DNA of 63,730 bases, the filler included, from Collodictyon triciliatum (taxonomy: Eukaryota): the NCBI GenBank assembly GCA_043381765.1. It is 17 parts of 17 records of this genome, joined end to end, with 100 filler letters (N's around TTAATTAATTAA, not from the genome) between each part and the next. Parts side by side here need not be neighbours in the genome. Positions count along the whole stretch, not along the records: positions 1 to 3,498 come from JBHJMP010007243.1; positions 3,599 to 7,096 come from JBHJMP010007244.1; positions 7,197 to 10,693 come from JBHJMP010007245.1; positions 10,794 to 14,289 come from JBHJMP010007246.1; 13 more parts are not named here. One strand, written 5' to 3'. The translations under genes were made by a program, and so were the position numbers. The notes under the pieces are model-generated. The model was not told the origin of the DNA. It saw only the letters and a program-made list of their open reading frames with translations, and did not search any database. Of this stretch, positions 1 through 12,790 are shown in pieces (the first letter of the stretch is position 1; every line of letters begins with the position of its first letter).

Positions 1-513
1 CCACGGAGCCCCATAAAGAATAACCATTATAGAAACAGGAATAAATCCTAGTACCGAAGACTGATACAAAAGCCACATGAGAGCATTAAAACTATATTTG
101 ATCGATTTTTGAACGCCAAGTGAGTTTTCTGGCCGAATGAAAGAGTTCTTTTTCTGGATACTAGGTGACACAGTCATATTATTCTGCATCAGGGCATTAG
201 GTATCTTGTCTTTTTGAGATTTTTGTGGATTTTCATTACAAGATGTATTTTTCGTGTCTGGATTAGCACTTGCCTCACCATCCACAGACTGGGATGGCGC
301 ATCCGTTTTTTGAATAGCCTCGCCAGCAATAGTAACCTTAAACACAACGCTGCCACGACTCACTATATCCTCCTCATACTCGATCTCGTTCTTGGGTTTT
401 CTTGAGATCTCAGTCTGTTCTAGGTCCTCCAAAATGATCTCGACAACATCGCCAACCTCTTCAATCTCAACTTTCGAGGATGAGCCGTTTGGATGTCTGG
501 CTTCGCTCTCCAT
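1..513 (-). CDS. Unknown protein, 5' part (acidic/low-complexity N-terminus, then a hydrophobic segment); runs off the window start
   Basis: Open frame from ATG at 513 to base 1 with no stop (MESEARHPNGSSSKVEIEEVGDVVEIILEDLE...WLLYQSSVLGFIPVSIMVILYGAPW). Absent from the ORF track because it has no stop in the window. Confidence 0.55.
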   Translation of the reverse strand, partial: MESEARHPNGSSSKVEIEEVGDVVEIILEDLEQTEISRKPKNEIEYEEDIVSRGSVVFKVTIAGEAIQKTDAPSQSVDGEASANPDTKNTSCNENPQKSQKDKIPNALMQNNMTVSPSIQKKNSFIRPENSLGVQKSIKYSFNALMWLLYQSSVLGFIPVSIMVILYGAPW

Positions 514-1030
514 TATGTCCACCGCAGCTTCGAATGCTATGGAATACCACATATATTTGTAACGAAATATCAGGAAGAAGCGAAAGAACAGAGGGCGGGT
601 AAAGGTTTTGGGTTGCGTTGAGCGACTCCGAGTATAGTATTTTCGTTTTTTTTTTTCTTTTTTTTCTTTGTTTTTCTTTTTGTTGTGGGCAAGGATGATG
701 AAGAGAGCAACTGAGAACGAAAAGAGGAGTCAAAGATGAAGCGCATCTATCCAGTTTTGGTGTTTTTCAAAATAAAGATACATATATAGATGTATAGATT
801 ATGATTGTGTATTAGAAGACAAAAATAAGGCGATATGGCTAAAAATATTACAACATATAATTTCCGCAATTGTATATAATCCAGTTTTGAAAGTTCAGAG
901 AAATCCAGATTCGTGTGCTCCGCATCTTCAATTCCAGATCAGGCCGGCTCGATTCCAAACAACAATCACCTTTTATCCGAATCGAATCCCAACACGGAGC
1001 ATCTGTGACGTTCAAGATCAGACACAAGAC

Positions 1031-1268
1031 AATAACCCAATAACCCAATAACAATCAACCCAATAACACAAAAACAGCACAATAACCCAATAACCCAATA
1101 ACCCAATAACCCAATAACCCAATAACACAATAACACAATAACCCAATGACACAATAATCCGTAAACCCAATAACCCAATAACCCAATAACCCAATAACCC
1201 AATAACCCAATAACCCAATAACCCAATAACCCAATAACCCAATAACCCAATAACCCAATGACCCAATA
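1031..1268. repeat. (AATAACCC)n / (TTATTGGG)n octamer tandem array, telomere-like, interstitial
   Basis: Many perfect units plus variants (AATAACAC, AATGACCC, AATAGCCC) towards the edges. Confidence 0.95.
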
Positions 1269-1643
1269 GCCCGTAAACACGCAAACCTTGAGTTCCTTGC
1301 CACATATCACAGCTCAAAGAACACAAAGCACACTCACATTTCCAACCAAAACCAAGCACCCGCATGACCCAACGTTTCTCGGCTAACCCCTCGGCCGTCA
1401 CGGAGCTTCTGAGCGTAAGTTTCTTCGCACAAAATATTCTCCCTGTGATCTCTGCTTCCCTGCAAAGCAAAAGCCACCAGCATCTTCAGAGGCACCGTTT
1501 TACAGAAAACAACAAAACAAAACAAAAACAAAAAAAGAAGCAAAGCAATAAGTAGGCATAAAACAGAAAAAAAAAAACACCAAACATAAAACCCAAAACA
1601 TGTCTCAACGCCCGCCCGATCCAATCAGCCCGTCGCCCAAGTG

Positions 1644-2842
1644 ATGGCCTCGTACCGGATCACAAGCACATTCCGAAGCACCGAGGCCGGCCCAGTGCTT
1701 GAGTACCAGATGAGCCTTCTTGGGACAGAGTTCCAAGTCTCTGTGGGCGTTGCTTCGAGTGGGCAAGGAAATCAGCTGATCTTCACCTACTCGTATCCGT
1801 TCACAATCCACGAGACGCAGCTGGAAAAGGCCTCCGACCGCCTGCAGGAACTCAACAGGGCCATGCGAGTAGTCTACTTCCAGGTCGATCTGGAGACATA
1901 CCGAATCCAGTTGCTTGTGTACCTGCCTGTGGCGCAGAACTTGGCAGTTCCTTCGCTCGAGATGATCCGCTCGTGCCAAAGTGCTTCGTACAAGACGCTC
2001 ATGGAGCATCGCGAGTTGCTGAGGAGTTATTCGGCTCCGGAACCAATGGAGCGTGAGTAATTAATCTGAAGCTCATACCTGAAAATGGAGTATGTCTTCT
2101 TTGAATGTATCTACCTATATATGATTGTTTCTATTGCGGTTTTTCTATGTACGTATTTATGTGTTGTCGCAATATGTGCCATATCTATTGGAATATCCCA
2201 ATCATTGGAACCTCACTTGTCCACAGCAATACCAGGAACTATCTTCGCCTTCACGAAGCCTGGCACAAAAGTTTTATTCCGCAGCACTCCCGAGGTGGAA
2301 ACCTCTCTGAAGCTCACTCCTGGAGACCGTTTTGTCCTCAAATCTGTCGGGTCTGTCACATATGTTGGATGTTTGGAGAGGAGGCCATACATCGTACCTG
2401 ACCGAGAAATGTTTGCACGCCCCTGGGTTGATGATATGACACCCGTAGAGTATCTTCGGAAAATAGGCATGCTTCCAATATCTTATCATATATCGTATTA
2501 CAATGAATATACTTTGCTCTTTATTTTTCTTTCTCCTTCTTCTGTCAAACACTTCAGTCGTATTTTTGAACTCTCATTTCCTCGAAAAGGAGTGTCGACG
2601 CATACGAGGAAGTATACGTGCAAAGACGGAAGCCAGCGCGAGTTTAACATATCCCTCGCAGCTTCTTATGGCTTCAACCTTCTTGCTGGAGACCGCATTG
2701 TCAAAAAACAAAAGTACGGTAACGTCATCGGTGTTCTCAACCAATCGCTTTACATACATTACGATGGATCGATTGGTGCAGAATTAGAACGAGAATATCA
2801 CGACCTAAGCCTCGTGTGTCGCTATGGTATTAATTCTGTTTT

Positions 2843-2897
<55 letters not shown>

Positions 2898-3369
2898 TGT
2901 ATTTATGTATTTATGTATTTATGTATTTATGTATTTAAATTGACTTTCTATTCATCATCAGCATTCAAATATCCTGTTGGTGCACTTACTCCTTGCAGTA
3001 TCCCCTTTTATAAAAAATACGAAAATTGGAGAAAAATGAAACAGTATAAATTCAATGGATCATCACGATATAGGATTTCCATGCACTTCGGTTGTCAGGG
3101 TCGCAAACCAGTTGGCAGAGGTGGACGTTTCATCCCTTTCGACAGCGGAATACGGATTTGCACCAGGTGACTACGTGATGGTTCCGAACATTGGGAAGGG
3201 CATGATTATTGGACTGTGTGACGACCGCATTGTTGTTCAAACGCAAGACCGGCCGGATCCGGGAGCATGGCGTGTCACCATCGAAAAAGACCTTCATTCC
3301 GTCGGATTCCAACTCATCAGTCGTCCAGGTTTGAATCCTTATTATACCAACCCCCACATGCCCGCGTAA
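1644..3369 (+). CDS. 4-exon gene: YbjN/T3SS-chaperone-like N-terminal domain plus three G(F/L)xxGD beta-barrel-like repeats
   Basis: Phase-compatible exons 1644-2052, 2227-2466, 2590-2826, 3074-3369. Repeats: LKLTPGDRFVLKSVGSVTYVG, YGFNLLAGDRIVKKQKYGNVIG, YGFAPGDYVMVPNIGKGMIIG. Confidence 0.65.
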
Positions 3370-3498
3370 ATTTCACCTCTGGTCCTCTTTTTCTTTTTCT
3401 TTTTCTTTTTCTTTTTCTTTTTCTTTTTCTTTTTCTTTTTCTTTTTCTTTTTCTTTTTCTTTTTCTTTTTCTTTTTCTTTTTCTTTTTCTTTTTCTTT

Positions 3499-3598
3499 NN
3501 NNNNNNNNNNNNNNNNNNNNNNNNNNNNNNNNNNNNNNNNNNTTAATTAATTAANNNNNNNNNNNNNNNNNNNNNNNNNNNNNNNNNNNNNNNNNNNN
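3499..3598. other. Artificial contig linker N44-TTAATTAATTAA-N44 (stops in all six frames)
   Basis: The identical 100-nt linker recurs at 7097, 10694, 14290, 17942, 21535, 29121, 32712, 36304, 39898, 43490, 47081, 50673, 54263, 57854 and 61444. Confidence 0.98.
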
Positions 3599-3790
3599 CG
3601 TTGTTTGTTTCGTTGTTTGTTTCTTTGTTTGTTTCTTTGTTTGTTTCTTTGTTTGTTTCTTTGTTTGTTTCTTTGTTTGTTTCTTTGTTTGTTTCTTTGT
3701 TTGTTTCTTTGTTTGTTTCTTTGTTTCTTTGTTTCTTTGTTTCTTTGTTTCTTTGTTTCTTTGTTTCTTTGTTTCTTTGTTTCTTTGTTT
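3599..3790. repeat. (TTTGTTTGTTTC)n / (TTTGTTTC)n compound microsatellite at contig start
   Basis: Tandem units seen directly. Confidence 0.9.
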
Positions 3791-4059
3791 GTTTTTTCAT
3801 ATCCGTTCATAAGTCACAGAAGAACCCATATATATCTGTGTGTGTCAAACCCCTAGTAACCATTCAAGAAGCAATTAATATATTTAGCTTAAGAGAAAAA
3901 GAACTAATTTAAAGAGTAGTTTTACGTGACTGTGTCTTTTTCTTTGTTTTGCTTCTTTTACTTTTCTTCATTTATCCATTTATCCATTTATCCATTTATC
4001 CATTTATCCATTTATCCATTTATCCATTTATCCATTTTCCTCTCACTTTCGCTTTCAAG

Positions 4060-7016
4060 GAGGACGAATGTGGCATCACTTCGATTTACTTGCCCTCGAA
4101 TCAACTAAAGGGCATTTTACCATCTATTAAGGCGGAACTGGAGCAGTTTCCTATGATAAAAGCCATCAACTTTGATCAAAACTTGCTTGTTGGAGACTTG
4201 TCGGACCTTGCCGAACTAAACACCACCGGACTGGAAAGCCTGTCGCTGTCATCCAACAGCATCGATGGAAGCATTCCCGAATTCAAGTATCTGACGTCTC
4301 TATTCCTACTGGACCTCAAGTCCAACCTTCTCCAGGGGAACACACCTGCTTTCACGTACAGCCGTAACCTTGAGTCGATCGACCTATCGAACAATCGACT
4401 CAGTGGGACAATCACCCCCTTTTGCCATCTGCCGTATATCAGGGAATTCTTTGTGAGCCGAAATGCGTTGGTTGGCGAGGTCCCGGATCTTTCCACCTGC
4501 TCCAATCTAGTGATTGTGGACTTAAGCACCAATTTGTTGGAGTCCAACTCCATAAACCTGTCATTCCCGCCCCTCATCGAGACTATCAACTTGTATGGAA
4601 ATCGAATCTATGGCGAGTTGGATTTTTTCAGGAATCTCTCCTCCGTGAAGGTCCTGGATTTATCAAACAATTTCCTCAGAGGAAACTTGATGTACGACAC
4701 TCTCCCTACGGCGCTAGAGATTCTTTCAGCTTCCTACAACTACCTCGACTCGACACTTCCTGCGTTTATCCGAGGCCCTTCCATTCGCCAGATAAACATG
4801 GAAGACAACTACATCACGGGGGTGATTCCTTCATTTTTGGGCTCCCCGTATCTTACAAATCTCATTCTGTCGATCAACTGTTTAAACTTTACAATCTATG
4901 ATTTTGACAAAATGCCATCCATTCGTGTCTTGTCCCTGTATCAAAACATAATATCTGGTACTTTGCCCAACTTTTCTAGAATTCCTAACATCGTTGGTTT
5001 GTATCTCCATGGACTTCACTTGACCGGACATATTCCTACTTTCACAAGCATTCCCACCATCGAGATCTTCTCGGCATTCATGAACAGGCTCAGTGGCAGT
5101 GTCCCTAATTTTGAAAACTGCCTAAAGCTTCGAGAGCTGTATCTCTTTGGGAATGAACTGGAGGGCCCTCTTCCTGACTTCAGTCCTAACGTAAACCTTG
5201 TGAGACTTTCCCTCTTCATGAATAGATTATCTGGTCCACTGAAGGAAGAGCGACTTCCTAAATTCCTTCAAGTACTCCAACTTTTTCTCAATCACATGAA
5301 CGGTACCGTCCCCAAGTTTGAGAAACTGGTATACTTGCAATTCATTGGCATCAATGAAAATAAGTTTGCTGGGGAACTGCCTACTTTTGGGAACTTGGTC
5401 GATCTCCGCAATGTCTATTTGAACGGAAATTCGATTGTTGGAAAGCTCCCTACTTTCGAAAACAACTCTTACATTAGCGAAATCAACTTTTCCTCAATGA
5501 GTCTAACTGGGGGTATCCCGGAGTACATATTACCCAATATTATCAGCATCGATTTTTCCAACAATCAACTAACTGGAGAGATTCCTCATCTGACTGGCTG
5601 TCCAAAACTAAGTGTCCTGATGCTTTACAGAAATGGATTGTACGGAAAGTATCCAAAGCTCAACAGCACTTCCCTTACCCAGATAGATTTTAGCTTCAAC
5701 CACATCTACGGTGAAATCTCTACATTTCGAGGGACCCCAAAGTTGATTTCCATCGACATGTCACACAACAATATCCGAGGTCCTCTCCCATCGACTGAAG
5801 CTATTCCCAATTTAAAGATCATATCATTCTCCAATAACAAACTGACAGCGTTACCATCCTCCTTTTTTTCTACCGAGTCAAAACTGGATTCTATTGATTT
5901 GAGCTATAACCTGCTGTCATCTGATATCCATGCGCTGTGCTATCTCTTTACCAAAAACATTCCAACCTCTGCTTTTCCGGCAAGAGATATTAATCTAAGA
6001 AATAACTCTATAACAGGGGATGTGGATGGCATCATATACTTTTTCTTTTCAAAAGCTGCATCGGTCGATTTTGCAAATAATAAGCTATCAAACCTTGGTG
6101 ATCCTTCAGTCTCTGTTAATTGGGAATATCTCGATGTATCTGGAAACCCTATAGTTGGTCCTATCCCGGAGTCAATCTCCCAGCTCAAAAAGCTCACTAG
6201 CTTCAATGTTTTGTCAACAAATATGAAATCTCCAGATGGTCTTTCTCTCCCTACTAGCTTCCATGTGACAGATTCGTATCAATTATCGGATTTGAAAAGG
6301 AATTACTTTTGCCCTATCATAGTAGGGAATAATCAATCTGCTACAGTGCAACTGGAGCCAGCATACTACAATTATGAGTATTGTAATTGTATTCCTAACT
6401 ACTATGGCCCTCGAAATAAATGCATTTCATGTCCTGAGGAATGCAAGTGTTTGGGTGGAAAGAGAATCCAGAACTGCTACCCCATTGAAAAAGAGAACGA
6501 GATAGACATTGTTGTATGTCCTTTACGGGAAGCCTGCAATCCAGATTTCTATAATGATTTTGAATGTGCAGAAGGATTTGAAGATCGTCTTTGCTCTCGA
6601 TGTTCTTCTGGATACTTTATGAGAGATCGCCAATGTATCAAATGTGATGATTCGATTCGATATGTTTCCATTGCAGCTGTTGCAGTGTTTGTGTTTTTCC
6701 TCGTACAGTTTGTGATAAAGTTGTCATCTAATGGGTCGGGTATGTACTTGTTATACAGACATATATAATATAACAACATAAGTCTACACTTGTTTTAATT
6801 TTTCTCATTATTACGAAGAGAAAATACAGATGTTTCTAATTCATCCTAATAAAAAAAATTAAAACGAACATCTTATTTATAGGTATTTTGAGGATTCTCT
6901 CTCTCCACATACAGATGCTAGGTATGTTAACCTCTTCGATCATAACTACGGAATCATCTAGCCTTGGCAGTATTCGGTCTCTTTCAAAGGCTGCTCTTGT
7001 GGGGAATATCTTTGAT
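4060..7016 (+). CDS. Large extracellular LRR + Cys-rich + transmembrane receptor-like protein (partial at both ends)
   Basis: Exon 4060-6739 has ~25-30 plant-type LRRs (LxxLxLxxNxLsGxiP), a Cys-rich region (CPLREAC...CAEGFEDRLCSRCSSGYF...CIKC) and a TM helix. Phase-1 intron to exon 6883-7016 (GILRILSLHIQMLGML), typical of protist Cys-rich multi-TM receptors. Confidence 0.85.
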
Positions 7017-7202
7017 GTATGATAGAGTCCTCATGTTTTCCGTTTTTACTATACTCAAGATTATTCATTTTAATGAAAATTTCAAAAAAAAAAAAANNNN
7101 NNNNNNNNNNNNNNNNNNNNNNNNNNNNNNNNNNNNNNNNTTAATTAATTAANNNNNNNNNNNNNNNNNNNNNNNNNNNNNNNNNNNNNNNNNNNNTTGT
7201 AG

Positions 7203-9878
7203 AAAGTCTTATACGTATGGCTGACACGGTGGGCGTAAAAATTCAACTCAATACACCTGGGTTCTTCCACAATCTTAGACAGTTCCGAGCTGCAGGGTTT
7301 GCCATTCTGCACAGTGAGTGAATACTTCGATTATACGACTTTTTTTTCTCAACGTATATTCATATTGCAAACACAAGTCTGAAATATAAGCACATTTATT
7401 GAAACCAAACCAAACCAAACCAAACCAAACCAAACCAAACCAAACCAAACCAAACCAAACCAAACCAAACCAAACCAAACCAAACCAAACCAAACCAAAC
7501 CAAACCAAACCAAACCAACCAGGCGCACAGTTCCTTAACCAGTGCTGGAATAAGGCCAAGCGCGACAGAAAAGGTTTTTCTTTATTTTAATTTTCGAAGC
7601 AACAACTATCCAAATTTTATCAAATGCATGATACACATGATATCATCACCAAATTACCTTCTGCGTTCACATTTACGTAGCAAAAACAAACTTCCGTGAT
7701 GTCTTCGATTGTGCTGCAAGATGGAGGCGCTACTCTGAGGTTGATATTTTTACAGACTCACGCTTTTCAGGCATATACAAAGTCCGCTAGTATATCACGA
7801 AGATTAATTTTCACCTCACGATGACAATAACAAATATGATTCGTATTTGAATCAAAGAAAGAAAAATACCAGATGAGTTTAATAAAAAAAATACACAACC
7901 AGCCCAATGATAGCGTCTGGTGGGTAGATAAACTAAGTCAGGAAAATTTCAACCAAGGATGGGGCCCACAAACCCCTATGATTAATGGCCAAGTACTCAG
8001 TGCACTTATACATCACCATTTTCACATGTTCATTTTATCCTTAATTTTAATGACGACCATATTACTGCAAATATAATCCACTAAATTAGAAAAAAAATTG
8101 CCTCTGTTTAATCTGCGTGTAACTTGGTTGGTATTTTTCAATCTAAAATTCAAATTCTAATTTCTTTCCTATATCTCCTCCATTCCACAGCTGAATGTTA
8201 TTCGCTATTATCCTTACTACAAGAAAGCGTTCAAGCTTCTTGTTGAATTGACGCTCCTGCAATGCGCCACTGAAGAAACCAAGAGAATCGTGCAAAGTAC
8301 TTACACCTAACGATATCACAAACATAGTAGACGTCTAAATCCAATGTCTGCTCATGAATACATGTTCTTCTTTTCGGAATAATTTGTTCCTTTTTGAACC
8401 AAACCTTCTCAGACCCTCTCATCTCATGTTCGATCTATCTAACGCAATTGTACTTTGTGTTCAAATCTTGGTAGGGGTTCCTGATGTCAAAGAGCTCCGA
8501 AAGCTGGTCCAAAGAGACTTCTGGGTTACTAGCGAGTGCGACAGGTAATCACATGTATCCTAATTGAATACTCTAATTGAATATGACAATAACAAGCCAT
8601 ATACATGGTCAATTATACGCAATTCACAATTTTTGTGGGGATTAGTATTGTTCGCCCTGGTGGCAAAATGGAAGCAACACTCCTCACTGTGATTGTAAGT
8701 TTACTTTTCAAACCATGAAGTACAAATATGTGATGGGCTGTCTCCCTTAAATGCGATGTGAGAATGAGACTTTTATACGGTCATTTTGCGAAGACACATC
8801 AAATCTCAACTTCGTCAGATTTAATATTCTCAGTAACAATTGTCATTTACCGCCCACAAACTTGGTATTGTAGGAGCAAAATCCAGATGGTGTTGAGTTT
8901 TATATTCGAACTCCAGGGGCCAAGGGACGATGGGAAGTCTACGAAACTGTGCGTCTGAATTCATCATTTCATATCGCTATATTCGTCCCCTTCCAACTTC
9001 TACTTGTTCATATGCACCACCCATCGTATTCATGATACATTGCATTTCCCATGGAGCAGGTATACCGACATTCATATTATCTACCCTCTCTCAAAGTAAA
9101 ACATAACAAGAATAATAAATATTTAAAACGAAAACCACCACTCTCTTGTAGGAAATGGACGGACTATTCAAGCAACTCCAGGACCAAGCCACTCGTCCTC
9201 TGCTGAATCAAGACAAGTGCACATTTATTTTATTTTGCATTATATGTTTCTGCTGTCCCAATGATGGCATACCATATTCATGTTTGATTTTTTTTTTTTT
9301 TGGAAAGTCAATACTACCATACCAATAAATAAATATAAATATACAAAATAGCACATCATACCAAACTAATGAACAAGTATGCAGGATTATCGAACTTGTC
9401 GTGTTCATCGTCTACTACTGGTTTAATTTCCAACCGCTGACCCGCGGTTCGGCGGTCGTTGGGTACATCATGCTTCACGCTCTGTTCCTATCACTCGATC
9501 TTGAAATCACGGAACCCGTCCCTGATAATGTTCAGTTCGATTGGGAGGCCATTCTGACTCCAAACCCACGCGAGTACCTGCAGGTTTGCTCTTGTTCAAT
9601 ATCAACACACCATCCACTCGACATCTCTCATCGCTCTGTGCTCTGTGATAATCGACCGATACGCCCATCCTACATGGAAGCCCTGTTATCCAAACAATAC
9701 CTGCATATTGACACTTTTTTTGCGGGGCGCGCATTGCGCTGTGTAGATAATCTCTCCGTGGATCAAAAGATCCCTGAAGAAGACGAGCATTCTGAAGTCT
9801 GTCCCGTACAATATCAGCTCGACCTTCAACACCATTCGGAAGGTTCTTACCGCACTGCACCCCAATTCCCTCAACTAA
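7203..9878 (+). CDS. TTC13: TTC13/SRFR1-like TPR protein, C-terminal half (multi-exon)
   Basis: Spliced exons give ADTVGVKIQLNTPGFFHNLRQFRAAG, FRDVFDCAARWRRYSE-PNDSVWWVDKL..GWGPQTPMINGQ, NVIRYYPY, EFYIRTPG..GRW and YYWFNFQPLTRGSA...DWEAIL, matching the conserved SRFR1/TTC13 C-terminal blocks. Stop TAA 9876-9878. Confidence 0.85.
7402..7516. repeat. (AAACC)n intronic microsatellite
   Basis: Tandem pentamers inside a TTC13-like intron. Confidence 0.95.
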
Positions 9879-10237
9879 GACAGACATCACTTTCCTCATC
9901 TTTGCCTTTTGATTACTGACGATGGTGAACAAGGATGTGGAAGTGGCCATCATTATTACATCGCCTACCATTTTCCTTTTCTCTGTTTTGATTGATTTTA
10001 CACCGAGCATATCCCCCCTTCTTATTTTACACTGAGCAAAATACTAAGAAAGAAGAAGAAAGAAAACAAAAAGTGAAAAAACCACTACGGTGAGCCAGTT
10101 TTCTCACGACCGGATTCAGAATAAACGCACGACAAAAGCAAATCGACATAATAGACGTCAGGAACATCACTAATCTCAATTTCTGTAGAATATGTAGAAT
10201 AACTGCGAAATATATAAATACATAGATAAATAAATAC

Positions 10238-10693
10238 ATGAAAAGTCGAATAGCCCTGGAGAAGCAAACTCCAGCAACGACTCGTTCCATCTCTCACCAG
10301 CGTCCCAAGAGGCAGGGACTGCATCAGGAACACCCCAGAGCAGCATCAGCTTCACACCGCAATTCCCAACATTCGAGGGCGCTCCTAACAAAGCAAGCTA
10401 CCAGCATTCTGCAACACCCATGTATTGCTCGCACAAGCCCTAGCCCAAAAAGAACAAACAACGAGCTGACAGCCTCGCCGGAAAACACACAACTTCTCAC
10501 CGCAGAGGCAGTAGCGTCACCCGCACAACACACAAGGAAACTATCAGCGCCAAAATCCCGAAGGATGCATGCTAAGATACCAAGAATAACTTCCGAAACA
10601 AATACAACAACCATAGCCACAGAAACACTCACAACCACCACGACCGAGTCAACACAGATATCCGCAAACACAACTGAACACAACGAGAGCGCT
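10238..10693 (+). CDS. Hypothetical Thr/Ser-rich low-complexity protein, truncated by contig end
   Basis: ATG-initiated ORF of ~150 codons open to the linker; no recognisable domain. Confidence 0.35.
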
Positions 10694-10793
10694 NNNNNNN
10701 NNNNNNNNNNNNNNNNNNNNNNNNNNNNNNNNNNNNNTTAATTAATTAANNNNNNNNNNNNNNNNNNNNNNNNNNNNNNNNNNNNNNNNNNNN

Positions 10794-10888
<95 letters not shown>
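10794..10888. repeat. (ATCT)n microsatellite at contig start
   Basis: Tandem tetramers. Confidence 0.95.
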
Positions 10889-11077
10889 CTCTTTGATTAC
10901 TGTTTTACTAAATCACGATGAGGTGAAGATACGTGTGTAATACTTTGAAATAGTTTCTGTTTAAGTAAAGAAGAAAAATGGAGAGATTGTTAATGAATTA
11001 TAGTTAACATGTAAACAAGAGAATCCCAACTAATTCCTTCGCGTATTTGATTGTTCCTTTTACAGCATATAACGGAA

Positions 11078-12724
11078 ATGGATGAATATACTCTTTCCTC
11101 ATTTACTGTATCATGGAAGCAACTATCCGATATTTTGGACGAAAAAGATGAAAGCAAACTGAATGAATTGGGTGGATTGGGAGGGCTATCTCAATCTCTC
11201 AAAACGAACCTCAAAGATGGATTGCCCGATGAGGATGACAGTGTTCTAAGATGCAAATGGTTTGCTATAACTTTATTATCCATATCCCCCACTCCGGTGG
11301 ATAATTTCTGTAAATTTTTAACATCTAATATTCAAGTGACCAGCCCATGAAATAAGCGAAAAAAAACTTAAAATTATATAGTTTTGGGTCGAACACTGTT
11401 CCTGAACCACCACCAAAGACGTTTATGGAGATGTTTATTGAAGCCTTGGATGACACCACAATTAAAATACTCATAGTTGCTGGATTTTTGTCTCTCTTCC
11501 TCGAGCTTGTCCTTGCAAAAAGTAGTGAAGAAAGAAAGAAAGGCTGGATTGAGGGTACAGCCATCTTGATTGCTGTTTTAGTCGTTGGTCTAGTGACCGC
11601 ATGGAATAATTATTCTAAGGAACTTCAATTTCGTTCCTTAAACTCAGTCAAAAATAATCGCGTTATCAAAGTAATGAGGGCTGGAACTCAACAACAAGTA
11701 TCTATCTATCAAATCATGGTAGGGGATATAGTCTGTCTTGATACGGGTGACCACATACCTGCCGATGGCATTTTTATTCAAGGCCATGGTAATTAAAGTA
11801 ACGCGATATATACTCACATATAATATACCACAACTACTGTATATGCTCCCATTCCTTTCCCACAATTTTCTTAAACTACATGTTAGAGCGTTTCTTGTTG
11901 CTCACTTGTTTTGTATGATGATGTCTTTATTCTGTATTCTCTGATATTTTCTTCCATTCGACACACTTCAGGCGAAAGGATTTTTAGGGGAAAAAAACAC
12001 TAGATGTCAAACATGCAATTTCTATAGTTATTTGACTAAATCGATACCCTCATGTGTTTGATATAGTGATTTTAAATATACTACTTTACATTTCATACAA
12101 TCCATTAGGACTTGAGGTAGATGAGTCTAATATGACAGGAGAAAGCGAAGCAGTGAAGAAATCTGCAGAGAGCCCTTTTCTTTTGTCGGGTTGCCTGGTA
12201 TTTATGGATTTGATAGTCCAGATACATGATACCTTTACAACACCGAAACCCTAATTACTTTTTAACGTGATTCATACACTTACTACATTTCTTTTTATAC
12301 TTTATGTTGTTTAATATTTAGATTCTAATTCAGACAATTTGCTTAAATAGGTCACCCAAGGTATAGGAACGATGCTTGTGACTGGTGTAGGGCTTCATAC
12401 TCAATGGGGGAAGATTCTCTCAATGCTTAATGTGGAACAGGAAGATACACCCCTCCAACAAAAACTAGGAGATCTTGCCGAGCGTACGAGTCATATCTGA
12501 ACCTCTTGAATACATAATTTTCCCATTTGTTAATAGGCTCGATTTTCATTCTGCATAGCTTTCATGACTAATGCGGTCTAATTCCCATAAATTTTGTTTG
12601 CATATATTTATTAGAAATTGGTAAAGTTGGAACAGGATTTGCCATAGTTACATTTTTGGTTCTCCTTGTCAGATGGGTGTTTAAAGTTAATATCCTTAAT
12701 ATAGAATTCCACTGTCATTCAGAC

Positions 12725-12790
<66 letters not shown>

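Noticed and set aside
966-1470. ORFs with GLLGYWVI repeats, and similar FLFL, YYYY, IIII, KRKR and MYVC ORFs across the window
   Set aside because: Translations of microsatellites or of N-runs, not proteins.
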